Shown: piece by piece, positions 1 through 9,657 of the stretch
Numbering within the stretch: position 1 is the first letter of the stretch
How the letters are laid out: each line of letters begins with the position of its first letter
Source of the DNA: a virus
Virus record (IMG/VR): IMGVR_UViG_3300003177_000005
Location: 55,560 to 119,559 of that record
DNA: 64,000 nt
Reading direction: 5' to 3' (one strand)
The notes under the pieces: generated by a model
The model's database searches: none
The model's input: only the letters and a program-made list of their open reading frames with translations
Told to the model about the DNA's origin: nothing
Program-made: the position numbers and the translations under genes

Positions 1-226
1 TTAAGAAACATAAGATTGATAAGGAATTAGTTTTCTGTTTGATTAATCATCATATTGAAAAAACTAATATCGATTGTAATTTATTAAAAGTTGAAAAAGA
101 TAATATTTGGAGAGATAGTGAGTATGTTTATAAATTACTAGAAGGGTTATATAATGGTAGTATTAATAAACCTAATAGTTATTTAAAACGCAATGGAGTT
201 AAACGATGGTACAAATAAGAAAGGTA

Positions 227-570
227 ATGAAATGAGAAATAAAATTTTTAAACCTAGCTTGTAAAATAGCAAGAATAATTAGGTTAGAAATCAATCATTT
301 ATCTGATTCTGAACAAACTTGTTATATGGTATCCACAGGTTATAATTGCGAAGATAAAAAAGGGGATCGTCCCTGGTTCTTATTTATTATAGATATAAAA
401 AAAAAGATGGGAAACATTTTCTATTTAATTTAGAAAATGTTTCCTTACATAGAACAGTAAACCTAGAAGATAATTTATGTATTGTTGGTAATTACATGTA
501 TCAGTATAAAATTGATACTAATAAGATTCCTGGTTTTGATAAAAAAAAACTCTTAACACATACTACATAA
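227..570 (+). pseudogene. Frameshifted hypothetical gene
   Basis: Coding-like reading (..LACKIARIIRLEINH..WFLFIIDIK / KDGKHFLFNLENVSLHRTV..HTT*) broken at a poly-A run near 397-406, with a damaged start; could be a sequencing error. Confidence 0.4.
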
Positions 571-602
571 AAGTAGTATCTAGTAATAAAAATCGTAAAT
601 AA

Positions 603-640
603 TTTATTAAAATATTTTTTATTTGGTTATGATATCACTA
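603..640 (+). promoter_or_regulatory. Degenerate copy of the repeated early-promoter/5' hairpin element
   Basis: TTTATTAAAATATTTTTTATTTGGTTATGATATCACTA; shares ATCACTATAGGT with the copy at 22966-23009. Confidence 0.45.
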
Positions 641-686
641 TAGGTACTCTTAGGAGTTAAAAAATTAATATTATAAAGGAGTTAAT

Positions 687-989
687 ATGGTATTAAAAAT
701 TGTAGAAGTAAAAACAAAATTAATGTTCGTTAAGGAGTTTAATGTTTTTATAGATGATAATAAAATAGCTAATGTTCGTTGGAGAACAAAAGCTAAATTA
801 TCATCTATGTTGGCAAGCTTTAGATATGCTGGGGACATTAACTTCAAAAATGCTAGACCAACAAATAAAGAAGAGGTGGTTGGCATAATTAAAAAATATG
901 TTTTAGAAACATATGTTAATTTAAAGACAACTAGTAATAAAGGTTACAAGATAACATCAACTGATGTTAATCTTTTACCTGAAGATTAA
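687..989 (+). CDS. Hypothetical phage protein (100 aa)
   Basis: ORF with AAGGAG RBS. Confidence 0.7.
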   Translation: MVLKIVEVKTKLMFVKEFNVFIDDNKIANVRWRTKAKLSSMLASFRYAGDINFKNARPTNKEEVVGIIKKYVLETYVNLKTTSNKGYKITSTDVNLLPED

Positions 990-1045
990 TTTCTTCAGAC
1001 CTTTTTTTCTTTTCCCCAGTAACACTTTTTTAAATTCATTACTTT

Positions 1046-1083
1046 TTTATACAGATATAATTAAAATAGTGATGATGTCACTA
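1046..1083 (+). promoter_or_regulatory. Putative early promoter with TAGTGA-N5-TCACTA hairpin
   Basis: TTTATACAGATATAATTAAAA-TAGTGA-TGATG-TCACTA; motif recurs upstream of several operons. Confidence 0.65.
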
Positions 1084-1204
1084 ATTTAGTTTTATACAAA
1101 TAAGTAATGTTATATTATACTAGGATAACAACTAGAGGTTATCTCCATAAAGTAGTATAATATCAAGGCATGAAATGTTTGTATTAAAACACCAAGGAGT
1201 TAAA

Positions 1205-1915
1205 ATGACAACAATTAAAAATAAGAATATGGAACTAACACACGATGCTAATAAGGGTATCTTAACAATTAATGATACTTTTCATACCGTTAAATCTAAA
1301 GATGAGATTAAGATACTAACAGTATTATTATCAGATAATCCAATAACAAGAAGTAAAGTAAAAGTTGGAGTAGACAAGAAAATATTTAGAGTTAGTTTTT
1401 TTAAATTAAAGATGAGTTTAACAATGAATATCTTTCTAGTTTTGAAAGAGTTAGACTTACTTAAACTTGAAAATAAATCACCAACATCTTTCATCTTAAA
1501 TGTTGGGGATAAAAAATTTAATATGGTTTATGAGGATAACCTATTTAAATTAAAAAGTCATCATAGACATAAAAAAACTTTAAATACTGTTAAATTTAAA
1601 GAGATTAAAACAGATCGTGTTAAACTACCAGATATAATTGGGAGTATTCAAATTAATGGTTATGAACTTAAAAATGAAGAAATAGCTAAAATCCAAATTT
1701 ACTTAGTAAATGAGATAAAAAAAGCTATTGTAGAACAAGGTAGTTTTAGTATTTCGGGATTTGGTTCATTTACTTATAAACAAGCATATGTTAAAAAGAA
1801 TCAATATATGCCAGAGACAGGTTGCAAAAACGACATATTAATTAAAGCTAATGTTCGATTTAAAGCAAGTAAAGCATTAAGAGATAAATTATTAGAAAAG
1901 ACTGAAGGGGAATAG
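1205..1915 (+). CDS. Protein with C-terminal HU/IHF-like DNA-binding domain
   Basis: C-terminus ISGFGSF..NQYMPETG..VRFKASKALRD matches the HU/IHF pattern; AAGGAG RBS favours the ATG at 1205 over 1175. Confidence 0.7.
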   Translation: MTTIKNKNMELTHDANKGILTINDTFHTVKSKDEIKILTVLLSDNPITRSKVKVGVDKKIFRVSFFKLKMSLTMNIFLVLKELDLLKLENKSPTSFILNVGDKKFNMVYEDNLFKLKSHHRHKKTLNTVKFKEIKTDRVKLPDIIGSIQINGYELKNEEIAKIQIYLVNEIKKAIVEQGSFSISGFGSFTYKQAYVKKNQYMPETGCKNDILIKANVRFKASKALRDKLLEKTEGE

Positions 1916-2347
1916 ATGTTAACAAAATTATATAATGAATTAAAGATAATCATCAAGAATTATGATGATTACTATTCAAAAGATAAACAGTGTCTAAATT
2001 ATCAAGATACTGTTGAATTAGATAAGTACCTTATAGCACTTGTTGGAAATGTCTTTATAATAAAGCATCGAAATCCAATAACTAATTCTGTAACTATGGA
2101 TGTAGTTATTATTGATGAAATAAAGAAAGTAATCGATAATGAAGATACTTTTCAAAACTTTATTTTATCACTTGATGGTACACAAAAGGTAAACGAGTTT
2201 ACCAATATTAAAGTTGAGGAAAATCAAGTAGGAGCTGATGTTGATGATATCTGTAAAGAAAAAAGATTTAAAAGATTAGTAAACACTATTTTAGATTTTA
2301 TGTTAGGTATGGCAACAACTTACCTTATTTATCAAATGTTATATTAA
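1916..2347 (+). CDS. Hypothetical protein with C-terminal hydrophobic segment
   Basis: ORF abutting the upstream gene; hydrophobic tail. Confidence 0.65.
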   Translation: MLTKLYNELKIIIKNYDDYYSKDKQCLNYQDTVELDKYLIALVGNVFIIKHRNPITNSVTMDVVIIDEIKKVIDNEDTFQNFILSLDGTQKVNEFTNIKVEENQVGADVDDICKEKRFKRLVNTILDFMLGMATTYLIYQMLY

Positions 2348-2359
2348 AAAAGGAAAAAG

Positions 2360-2647
2360 ATGAAGAAAATTATTGTGTTATTAGTGTTAATAAGTAGTAT
2401 GGTATTAGGTAATGAGTTTAAAGTAACAAATGAGAATGGTCTAGTAATATACAATACTCGTTTTCAAAAAGTTATTGTTAATAAGGCAAATTTTAAAGAG
2501 TTCATAGCTCTTAAAAGATTTAGAGTTGCTTTATATAGAATTGAAGGTGTCTATACTAAGTATAATTGGATTTTATTGGTTTTAGATAAAAATGGTAAAT
2601 CAACTTATCAGACTCTAGTAAATGTTAAGGAGATTCCAAATGAGTAG
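2360..2647 (+). CDS. Hypothetical secreted/periplasmic protein
   Basis: MKKIIVLLVLISSMVLG looks like a Sec signal peptide; AAGGA RBS. Confidence 0.65.
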   Translation: MKKIIVLLVLISSMVLGNEFKVTNENGLVIYNTRFQKVIVNKANFKEFIALKRFRVALYRIEGVYTKYNWILLVLDKNGKSTYQTLVNVKEIPNE

Positions 2648-3011
2648 TTTAGTAATGGTCTATCCAGATACAAAAGCAAAATTAAAAGAACAGTTTACTA
2701 TATTTAAACGAAAAAAATTTGGGACCATTTATAATGGTAACTTAACTGAAATTAAAAAAACCATAGAAGACACTAATATGGTAGCTATGGAAATAATTCC
2801 ATTTGTTCAGGTATATGGTAGAGATACTACAACAAGCGAGATAGTAGCTAATGATGATTTAGAAGAGTATTCTGCTAAAATCGCTAAACGATATCTTTGT
2901 GTAGAACCTTATAGAAGAAATACATATATATTACCTGGGCCTATTAGTGAAGTTGTAGTTGATGATTTAAATAAAGCTGTTTTAGATTTAATAAAAGAAG
3001 ATTGGAGATAA
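2640..3011 (+). CDS. Hypothetical protein
   Basis: AAGGAG RBS favours the ATG at 2640 (MSSLV..). Confidence 0.6.
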   Translation: MSSLVMVYPDTKAKLKEQFTIFKRKKFGTIYNGNLTEIKKTIEDTNMVAMEIIPFVQVYGRDTTTSEIVANDDLEEYSAKIAKRYLCVEPYRRNTYILPGPISEVVVDDLNKAVLDLIKEDWR

Positions 3012-3015
3012 AAAA

Positions 3016-4158
3016 ATGAAAAAAAAAGAAAATACAGGTAAATTTAATAATGATACAGTAGGTATCATTGATGATGGTTCATTAGTAACCTTTAAAGAGT
3101 ATAAAGAGACAAAGTCTAATACATTTGCTGGTTTACCAAGTATCACTATTGATTTAGAACATCGTAGTTATATCTTCTATCTTAAAGATGCTAACATTCA
3201 TTGCTTTAACGATGATAAATACGAAGACCGATTAAATCAATTATCTTTGTCACCAACATTCTTTTATACACTTAGAGCTAATCCTACAAAGAAGGATATA
3301 ATTTATTTCGATGGTTTAGGGTTTAAAAATATTTTGTTAGAACCAGTAGAAGAACCTATTATTAACAATCTAGACCTTGATGAAGTTTTAGAGGGTATCC
3401 TTCTTAGTGGGGATAAAATAAATGTTGACTTTATACTAGGACTAAACCTGCATCTTACGGATAATCCGAATGAGAGAATAAAGTTTATAAATTTTAAAGT
3501 AAAACCAGGTTTCGAGGTTGAAGCTGAGATAGTTATAAAAGATGTTTCTTATATGGAAAAAGGTACTTTAGTATATACTAAAGAACTTAGAATTACTTTT
3601 ACTAGAGATAAATATGACAATATAAATACTTGTTTGGGTGAACCCCTTAAAATGATGAAAAATGTTAATACTAATATGGACAATAGTATTGGGCGTCAAA
3701 TTGGTAGTCAAAGTATAAATAGCAACACTCAGATTTTGGTTGACAGAGAAGAGGTTGCAACTCAAAACTCTAAAGAAGAAGTATCAGACCTAATTACAGA
3801 TGAAAATATTACTGAAATTAAAGAAGATTTTAAAGAAAAAGATGAAATGTATCTACCTAGTTCTGATGCTGTTCCCAAAGAAGAATTAAACCCTATACTT
3901 ATACCAGATATACCAAAGGGAGAAGTTAAAATAAATAATGGTGGGTCTGACCCTTTATTAAGTCAAGAGTGGGGTAATGAAGGTGCAAGAGAACCGATAG
4001 TTGAACCTAATGAAATTAAGGATTTCGAACAAATGGATAATGTAAACCCTAACACTATGAAAAAAAATATGATGACCTTTAAGGGTCTTGAAGAAAAAGA
4101 TCTTATTAAAGAAGGTGGGAAAGAGATTTCTTACATAATTAAAAAGTTTTTAAAATGA
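3016..4158 (+). CDS. Hypothetical protein (380 aa) with acidic, probably disordered C-terminal half
   Basis: Long ORF, GGAG RBS. Confidence 0.75.
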   Translation: MKKKENTGKFNNDTVGIIDDGSLVTFKEYKETKSNTFAGLPSITIDLEHRSYIFYLKDANIHCFNDDKYEDRLNQLSLSPTFFYTLRANPTKKDIIYFDGLGFKNILLEPVEEPIINNLDLDEVLEGILLSGDKINVDFILGLNLHLTDNPNERIKFINFKVKPGFEVEAEIVIKDVSYMEKGTLVYTKELRITFTRDKYDNINTCLGEPLKMMKNVNTNMDNSIGRQIGSQSINSNTQILVDREEVATQNSKEEVSDLITDENITEIKEDFKEKDEMYLPSSDAVPKEELNPILIPDIPKGEVKINNGGSDPLLSQEWGNEGAREPIVEPNEIKDFEQMDNVNPNTMKKNMMTFKGLEEKDLIKEGGKEISYIIKKFLK

Positions 4159-4178
4159 AAAATAAAAAAGGATAACAG

Positions 4179-4643
4179 ATACTAGCACCAATAAAAAGAA
4201 AAGAATTCTTTAGAGGATTTCAAAAAACTATTGAGGATTTCTTTAAAGAGAATAATCTTCATTATATTCCTTTCGCACTAGATCGCGTTATTGGAAATGT
4301 ATACATTAAGTATCTAACTAAAGAATTGGAGATATTTGTAAATCTATCTGAAATGTTTAAAGATGGTAAGGTTAATATCAAAATAGGTCGGACTCGCATG
4401 CCAGTAGAAGATGCCACAAAATTAATCGAAAACCTAGAAGTGATTATTAAAGATTATGTCGCAGAGAACACTAAGGTTATTGATTTAGATAATTGTGACG
4501 TAAAAGAGTTCGTAACCAAAGAGACAGGTTATCAACTCATTGATGATACAATAGTGAATGAACAAAATCTCTTAACATTTATGAAAAATATTGATGGTAA
4601 GGAAAAGAGATTTACCTTGGATTTAACAGAAAAATTAAGCTAG
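4179..4643 (+). CDS. Hypothetical protein (start uncertain)
   Basis: Frame of the 4326 ORF is open back to a TAA at 4173-4175; possible ATA start at 4179 behind AAGGA, or a nonsense-interrupted ATG at 4155. Confidence 0.5.
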   Translation: MLAPIKRKEFFRGFQKTIEDFFKENNLHYIPFALDRVIGNVYIKYLTKELEIFVNLSEMFKDGKVNIKIGRTRMPVEDATKLIENLEVIIKDYVAENTKVIDLDNCDVKEFVTKETGYQLIDDTIVNEQNLLTFMKNIDGKEKRFTLDLTEKLS

Positions 4644-4690
4644 AAGATAATACTCTACTTAAAGTTGTTCCTACTTATAGATACATAATA

Positions 4691-4909
4691 ATGGGTAATA
4701 AAAAATATAATCAAAAAGCATTTGTTCCAATTAAGGGTAAGTGCAATTTTGATAAAAAGTTAGAAACAGAAGTGACTGTTTTAACTATTAAAAAAATTAT
4801 AGAATTTTTCTTCAGCTCAATATTGGTTATTAGTATCATAATAGCTATCAATGTTTTATTCTTTAAAGAAACTGATGAGGATGCTTATAAAAACAGAAGT
4901 AACTTTTAG
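4691..4909 (+). CDS. Small membrane protein
   Basis: One hydrophobic stretch (FFFSSILVISIIIAINVLFF). Confidence 0.5.
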   Translation: MGNKKYNQKAFVPIKGKCNFDKKLETEVTVLTIKKIIEFFFSSILVISIIIAINVLFFKETDEDAYKNRSNF

Positions 4910-4917
4910 ATGTATTA

Positions 4918-4960
4918 CTAGGTGTAGGTTTAAAACCTACACCTAGCTTATTTTTTTTTA
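4918..4960 (+). terminator. Intrinsic terminator
   Basis: CTAGGTGTAGGTTT/AAACCTACACCTAG stem followed by a T-tract. Confidence 0.75.
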
Positions 4961-4972
4961 TTTCATTATGTT

Positions 4973-5011
4973 TTTATACAGATATAGTTTAAATAGTGAT
5001 TAAGATCATTA
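4973..5011 (+). promoter_or_regulatory. Putative early promoter with 5' hairpin
   Basis: TTTATACAGATATAGTTTAAA-TAGTGAT-TAAG-ATCATTA. Confidence 0.65.
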
Positions 5012-5033
5012 TATTTTAATTAAGGAGAGAAAG

Positions 5034-5597
5034 TTGTTTAAATTAAAGAAACTAACAACAGGGAAATTCATAGAGGTGCTAAACAATGCTGTTATAAACT
5101 ATTGTCAAAGTACAATTGGTGACTTTAACGAAAGTCAATTGTTTTACGATAAGTTTAATAATAATGGCAAAAGTTTTATTCAGTGGGAATTTACTTCCCA
5201 ACATATTCTAACATTAAATTTAACACTACTTTTACAAAATGGAGTAGTAAATTTGACAGAGAAAAGAGCAGACCAAACTATCCTACCTTTAGAACTAATT
5301 CTAAAGTTAGAAGATATAGTTTCTAAGCATTTAGAAAAGGTAGATTTTGATTTAAAAAAATTAGAAGACTACTTAAAAGAGGAAGGTTTTACAATTGGTC
5401 ATATCAGTCTCTATGGGGATGTATTTAAACTCGCATTTACAAAATGGTTTGATATGGTACCAAGACATTATAGAATAAATATTACTAGACTTATAGTGGG
5501 TTTACCTGTATTATTAGAAAGTGAGGTAGAAAATACTGGTAGTAATGAAATTAAAAAAGTAATCAAAAAAATAAATCAAATGCGACAAGAGGACTAA
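5034..5597 (+). CDS. Hypothetical protein, paralog of 9043..9657
   Basis: TTG start after AAGGAG; shares I(L/I)PLEL..KL and INIT.L.VG.P motifs. Confidence 0.7.
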   Translation: MFKLKKLTTGKFIEVLNNAVINYCQSTIGDFNESQLFYDKFNNNGKSFIQWEFTSQHILTLNLTLLLQNGVVNLTEKRADQTILPLELILKLEDIVSKHLEKVDFDLKKLEDYLKEEGFTIGHISLYGDVFKLAFTKWFDMVPRHYRINITRLIVGLPVLLESEVENTGSNEIKKVIKKINQMRQED

Positions 5598-5601
5598 TGT
5601 T

Positions 5602-5861
5602 ATGAACAGTTTTATACAAAACTATTTACCAAGGATTTTGTCTTTGGTAATATTTTAAGTATTACTAAAAATAAGTCAAAACAAGAACAAGAGAGAATAC
5701 ATATTTTTATCGTTTCTCTAATTGCTAACTTTTTCTTTACAGCATTACTAAAAGATTATCTACCAGTTCCAGAAAATACAACCGAGTTTGTTTTATTGTC
5801 TGTTATGTGTATAATTGGTTTTGTTACTATTATGGTAACATATGAAAGTAAAATTAAATAA
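5602..5861 (+). pseudogene. Frameshifted small membrane-protein gene
   Basis: MNSFIQNYLPRILSLVIF* continues in the -1 frame as LSITKNKSKQEQERIHIFIVSLIANFFF..; one extra T near 5653-5656 would join them. Confidence 0.4.
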
Positions 5862-6022
5862 ATGGTTACGGAAGTAGGAGCATTTGAGAAGAAGATTGAT
5901 TATGTATAAATTAAAAGAAAATATTAATATTTGATACTAGGAGCCGTATGGTTTCCTAGTAACATCTTTTACTATTAAAGTAACCTTTATTTTTTTATTT
6001 TCGACCTTTATTATTGATAAGA

Positions 6023-6042
6023 TAAAAAAAAAGGGGGGGGGG
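6023..6042 (+). repeat. A10-G10 homopolymer tract at the RBS of ORF 6049
   Basis: A10 then G10, 6 nt before the ATG at 6049. Confidence 0.85.
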
Positions 6043-6048
6043 TTACTA

Positions 6049-6384
6049 ATGAATGAGTTTAATAACAAAGGTATATCGGAGTTAAAGGATTTAATTTATG
6101 TTAATACAAGAAAGTTTAAAGATGACAAGAAAATACTTTTTGATGTATTAGTCAAAATACAAATGGAGATACTATTAAAGTTAGCCCCATCAAAGGATAT
6201 CGTAATAGAAGATTTAAATAATATTTTAAAAGGTGATTTTGCTGTTTATGATGATCCATTTACAAATATAAATGAAATTATTCTAGAAAATATTTATGAT
6301 AATAATTTAGATTATAATAAAGAACTACAGCGTTTAGCTGTTTTTTCATTTTTAAAATGTCAAAACGAAGGTATACTTGATTAA
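6049..6384 (+). CDS. Hypothetical protein
   Basis: ORF followed by an inverted repeat at 6378-6408. Confidence 0.65.
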   Translation: MNEFNNKGISELKDLIYVNTRKFKDDKKILFDVLVKIQMEILLKLAPSKDIVIEDLNNILKGDFAVYDDPFTNINEIILENIYDNNLDYNKELQRLAVFSFLKCQNEGILD

Positions 6385-6459
6385 CTCTCAGTTTAGAGAG
6401 TTAATCAAAATATTTTCATAAAGATATTTTTTAATTAATATTAGAAAGGACTTAGAAGT

Positions 6460-6792
6460 ATGGAAGAGATGTATATTAAATCGTTATATAAAGAACACGG
6501 TGATAAAGATGTTGAAAAGGTAAAGGTTAACCTATATAAGGATCCTACAGGTTATGAGTTAAATATACCAATTAACTTAGTTTTAGAGGCTTTTAATAAA
6601 GAAGGTCGATTACTTTATAAAGCATTATGTAAAGATCATAGTTGTAAAAAAGATCATCCCAATTATTCAGAAAATGAGAAATGGTTTGACATTAATTATT
6701 ACCAGAAACAACGAGAGGTTAGTAATTTTATTTTACATTTTGTTTATTATACATCACCTAGAAATGGTAATGTTGAATTTAAAACATATTAG
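6460..6792 (+). CDS. Hypothetical protein
   Basis: ORF with AAGGA RBS. Confidence 0.65.
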   Translation: MEEMYIKSLYKEHGDKDVEKVKVNLYKDPTGYELNIPINLVLEAFNKEGRLLYKALCKDHSCKKDHPNYSENEKWFDINYYQKQREVSNFILHFVYYTSPRNGNVEFKTY

Positions 6793-6806
6793 AAGGGAGA
6801 TTAGTT

Positions 6807-7370
6807 TTGATAACTTCGAATAAAACAAAAGTATCTGTTAAAGATACCGAGATAATCTTAAAGAGTTTAGTCGCTAATAATAAAGGTACTAAATTAATTA
6901 GTAACATAGAAAAGAAAGGTTTTGAAACTATTACAGCTGTTTCTAGAAATGATGAAAATGTTATTTTTATAGTTTTTACTAAAGGTTTAAAAAATGATGA
7001 TCGAGTCTCTATTAGATTCGATTTGATTAGGAATTTATGGAGAGTAACTTTTGTTGTTATTGGTAAAAGGAAACAACCTGGTGATTTTAAAAAACTATTA
7101 AGAGATAATTTAGTTATTATTAGGAAACAGAGTAAGGTTTATCTTTTCGATTTAAAGTCTAATAAAAAATTTAATATTCATTTAGATTTACAATTAGAAA
7201 TGATTAACAATATTAATTATGATAGAGAAAAAAGGGTTTTAGAAATAGTAGATGATTATGAAAATCTTTTAATTCTAAGATTTGAAGAGACTAAGATTAG
7301 TGGTTATACCCATAAAGGTTTTTATCTTAAAGAAATTATTTTAGGAGAAGAAGATGTTAAAAAAGTATAA
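6807..7370 (+). CDS. Hypothetical protein
   Basis: TTG start after GGGAG. Confidence 0.65.
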   Translation: MITSNKTKVSVKDTEIILKSLVANNKGTKLISNIEKKGFETITAVSRNDENVIFIVFTKGLKNDDRVSIRFDLIRNLWRVTFVVIGKRKQPGDFKKLLRDNLVIIRKQSKVYLFDLKSNKKFNIHLDLQLEMINNINYDREKRVLEIVDDYENLLILRFEETKISGYTHKGFYLKEIILGEEDVKKV

Positions 7371-7914
7371 TAAAAATGGTTTTGTTATGGAAGAATACAA
7401 CGATAGAATAAAGTTCTATTCTTATAATACTCCATTATATGTGAATGTTCTTTATATTAATTTTAAAGATATAGAAAAATATAGTTTTGAGATAGTTACT
7501 GTTCTTAAAACTCGCTGTATAATTAATCTTAAAATCAAAACAGATCAAGGTATCCTACTAAAAGATTTTCAGATAAGTTTAAGAAAAGAAGAAACTAGAT
7601 GGTATATCTATCAAATAGTAGATTTAAATAAACAAATGTTTGAGTCTTTTTTAGAGATTATCGCTCCTGATTTAGTCTTAGCATACACACCAAAAAAAGT
7701 GTTAAAATTATTTAGACGGAACTATATACATGTAGATACTCTTAAATTTGAACCAAATCTTTTCTTAATAGATTATGGTAACCCTATTTTTAACCAGATG
7801 ACAAGAAAAATAAAAGAATTAGTTCTGTTTAATAAAGATAATACAACTTTTATTTTAAAACAATATAAAGATGATAAAGCATTTTATCTAACTAAATTTT
7901 TAATAACAAATTAA
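7354..7914 (+). CDS. Hypothetical protein
   Basis: AGGAG RBS; overlaps upstream ORF. Confidence 0.7.
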   Translation: MLKKYNKNGFVMEEYNDRIKFYSYNTPLYVNVLYINFKDIEKYSFEIVTVLKTRCIINLKIKTDQGILLKDFQISLRKEETRWYIYQIVDLNKQMFESFLEIIAPDLVLAYTPKKVLKLFRRNYIHVDTLKFEPNLFLIDYGNPIFNQMTRKIKELVLFNKDNTTFILKQYKDDKAFYLTKFLITN

Positions 7915-7929
7915 CAAAAAGGAACAGTA

Positions 7930-8307
7930 ATGATTTGGGAATTAAAACCAACAAAAGGAAGACCTAAAATAAAAGATTTTATCTATGATAGAATAGGTAG
8001 TGAAACGGTTATACCAAATGAGACTAATGTTTTTAGATACATAACTATATTGGCTAAATACGAACTTAAAAAAGATTATAAAGAACTAACTATAATCAAG
8101 AAGACTAAGTGTACCTTCGAAGCAAAGATAGATAAAGAGTTAGACCTTGTTATAACAGCCGTTAAAGCAACAGATGAACTTATGTTTAGAACATACTATA
8201 TTATCAGATATAATAAAAAATATTATATTTGTAGTAATTCAAAGTATGATAATTTACTAATGAAGTTCATACTAGATCATAGAGCTAGGGTTAACGAAAT
8301 CAGTTAG
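7930..8307 (+). CDS. Hypothetical protein
   Basis: AAGGA RBS. Confidence 0.7.
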   Translation: MIWELKPTKGRPKIKDFIYDRIGSETVIPNETNVFRYITILAKYELKKDYKELTIIKKTKCTFEAKIDKELDLVITAVKATDELMFRTYYIIRYNKKYYICSNSKYDNLLMKFILDHRARVNEIS

Positions 8308-8308
8308 A

Positions 8309-8349
8309 TTTTATCAATATATTTTTTTAATTAGTGAGAAATATCACTA
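8309..8349 (+). promoter_or_regulatory. Putative early promoter with TAGTGA-N6-TCACTA hairpin
   Basis: TTTTATCAATATATTTTTTTAAT-TAGTGA-GAAATA-TCACTA, then TATTTTAATTAAGGAG as in the 4973 copy. Confidence 0.65.
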
Positions 8350-8372
8350 TATTTTAATTAAGGAGTTAAAAG

Positions 8373-9050
8373 ATGTTTATTAAAGACATAGAATGTCATA
8401 TCATTTGTTTCCAAAGTGCTGGTTACTATTACTATGGGGAATATGTTATTAAAAAAGAGTTTAAAGGTTTGGAGAGTTTCACTGAGTTTTTAAAGAGTAT
8501 TGATGTTTATTCTATAAGAACTGAATTATTAGAAATGGTAAAAAATAAGAAAATACCTGAAATGATAAAGGTTGATAGAAAAATAATTAGGGGTTTATTT
8601 ACTGATAATCTTCTTTCTTCATTAGAAAATAAAGAACTCATTAAACTTATTCTAAAAGATGAAGGTTGTCGTAAGTCTTTTTTATACCATTTTCTAAGAA
8701 ATCCACATTGTCCAAAGGAATACTTAAAAGAAGTCTCTAAAAGGAAACTAGTCCCAAAAGACTTAGAGGTATGTGCATTATTAAGTAATGAAAACCTACC
8801 AAAAAAAGTTATCAATAAGTTTACACCAGAGGTTATGAATATTTTCCATCCAGCTTATGATAAAAATCTCTTAGAAGGAGAAAACAGTTATAAGTATAAA
8901 TTTAGAAAAGCGTTAAAACAATTACCAGACAGATATACTAAAATTCTCTGTCCAGATTGTAAGGATGTTTTTAATGTTAGGGATTTGAATTTATTTAAGA
9001 GATGCCCAAATTGTAGAGATGTAATTAACAAGGAGTTAAAAGATGTATGA
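8373..9050 (+). CDS. Hypothetical protein with C-terminal zinc ribbon
   Basis: CPDC..CPNC; NPHCP and NENLP resemble leucine-rich-variant repeat ends. Confidence 0.7.
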   Translation: MFIKDIECHIICFQSAGYYYYGEYVIKKEFKGLESFTEFLKSIDVYSIRTELLEMVKNKKIPEMIKVDRKIIRGLFTDNLLSSLENKELIKLILKDEGCRKSFLYHFLRNPHCPKEYLKEVSKRKLVPKDLEVCALLSNENLPKKVINKFTPEVMNIFHPAYDKNLLEGENSYKYKFRKALKQLPDRYTKILCPDCKDVFNVRDLNLFKRCPNCRDVINKELKDV

Positions 9051-9657
9051 TGTTGAATTTGATTTACTCTATGAAAAAAATCTTAGTCCAGAGCTGTATA
9101 TAGCAAAAGAACTAGACTACGAAAGATTCTATAAAGGTTTAGACCGTATAGTAACTGAATATTTAAATAAAAAATATCCTGATCTAGAAGTTAGTATAAA
9201 AAATAACTACAATTTTGGACAAGTACTTCGAGTTTATAAACTTAGTGAAAACAAAAGGTTGGTGGTAGTAGAGTTATCAGCTATATTTAGATATGGTAAA
9301 ACTGTCGTAAAGGAAGCTATAGAAAACATAAGGATAATACCTTTAGAACTAGAAAATAAACTAGCTGTTTACATCAAAAAGAATATCGTGAAGTCTCGAA
9401 AAAGTGAAAAATGGCTTATTGAAATTTTAAGTCAATATGATAAGTTTGGTAAGAGTTTAATTACTAATGAAAAAAAATTATGTTTGATAATAAATAGTTT
9501 TCTTATTAATATTACCGATCTTGTAGTTGGGTTTCCTACATTAGCAACACCATTTAACACATATTTTGATATTACTTCATTTGACTTTGAAAATGATAAA
9601 CTTAAAGAAAATTTCTTATCTTTAAAAGAAAATCCAGAGGAGTTAAAGAATGGGTAA
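9043..9657 (+). CDS. Hypothetical protein, paralog of 5034..5597
   Basis: IIPLELENKL and INITDLVVGFP motifs; AAGGAG RBS. Confidence 0.7.
   Translation: MYDVEFDLLYEKNLSPELYIAKELDYERFYKGLDRIVTEYLNKKYPDLEVSIKNNYNFGQVLRVYKLSENKRLVVVELSAIFRYGKTVVKEAIENIRIIPLELENKLAVYIKKNIVKSRKSEKWLIEILSQYDKFGKSLITNEKKLCLIINSFLINITDLVVGFPTLATPFNTYFDITSFDFENDKLKENFLSLKENPEELKNG

Noticed and set aside
5941-5961. Group II intron domain V (GAGCCGTATG)
   Set aside because: It is part of a simple terminator-like hairpin TACTAGGAGCC..GGTTTCCTAGTA; the 3' half of domain V and other domains are absent
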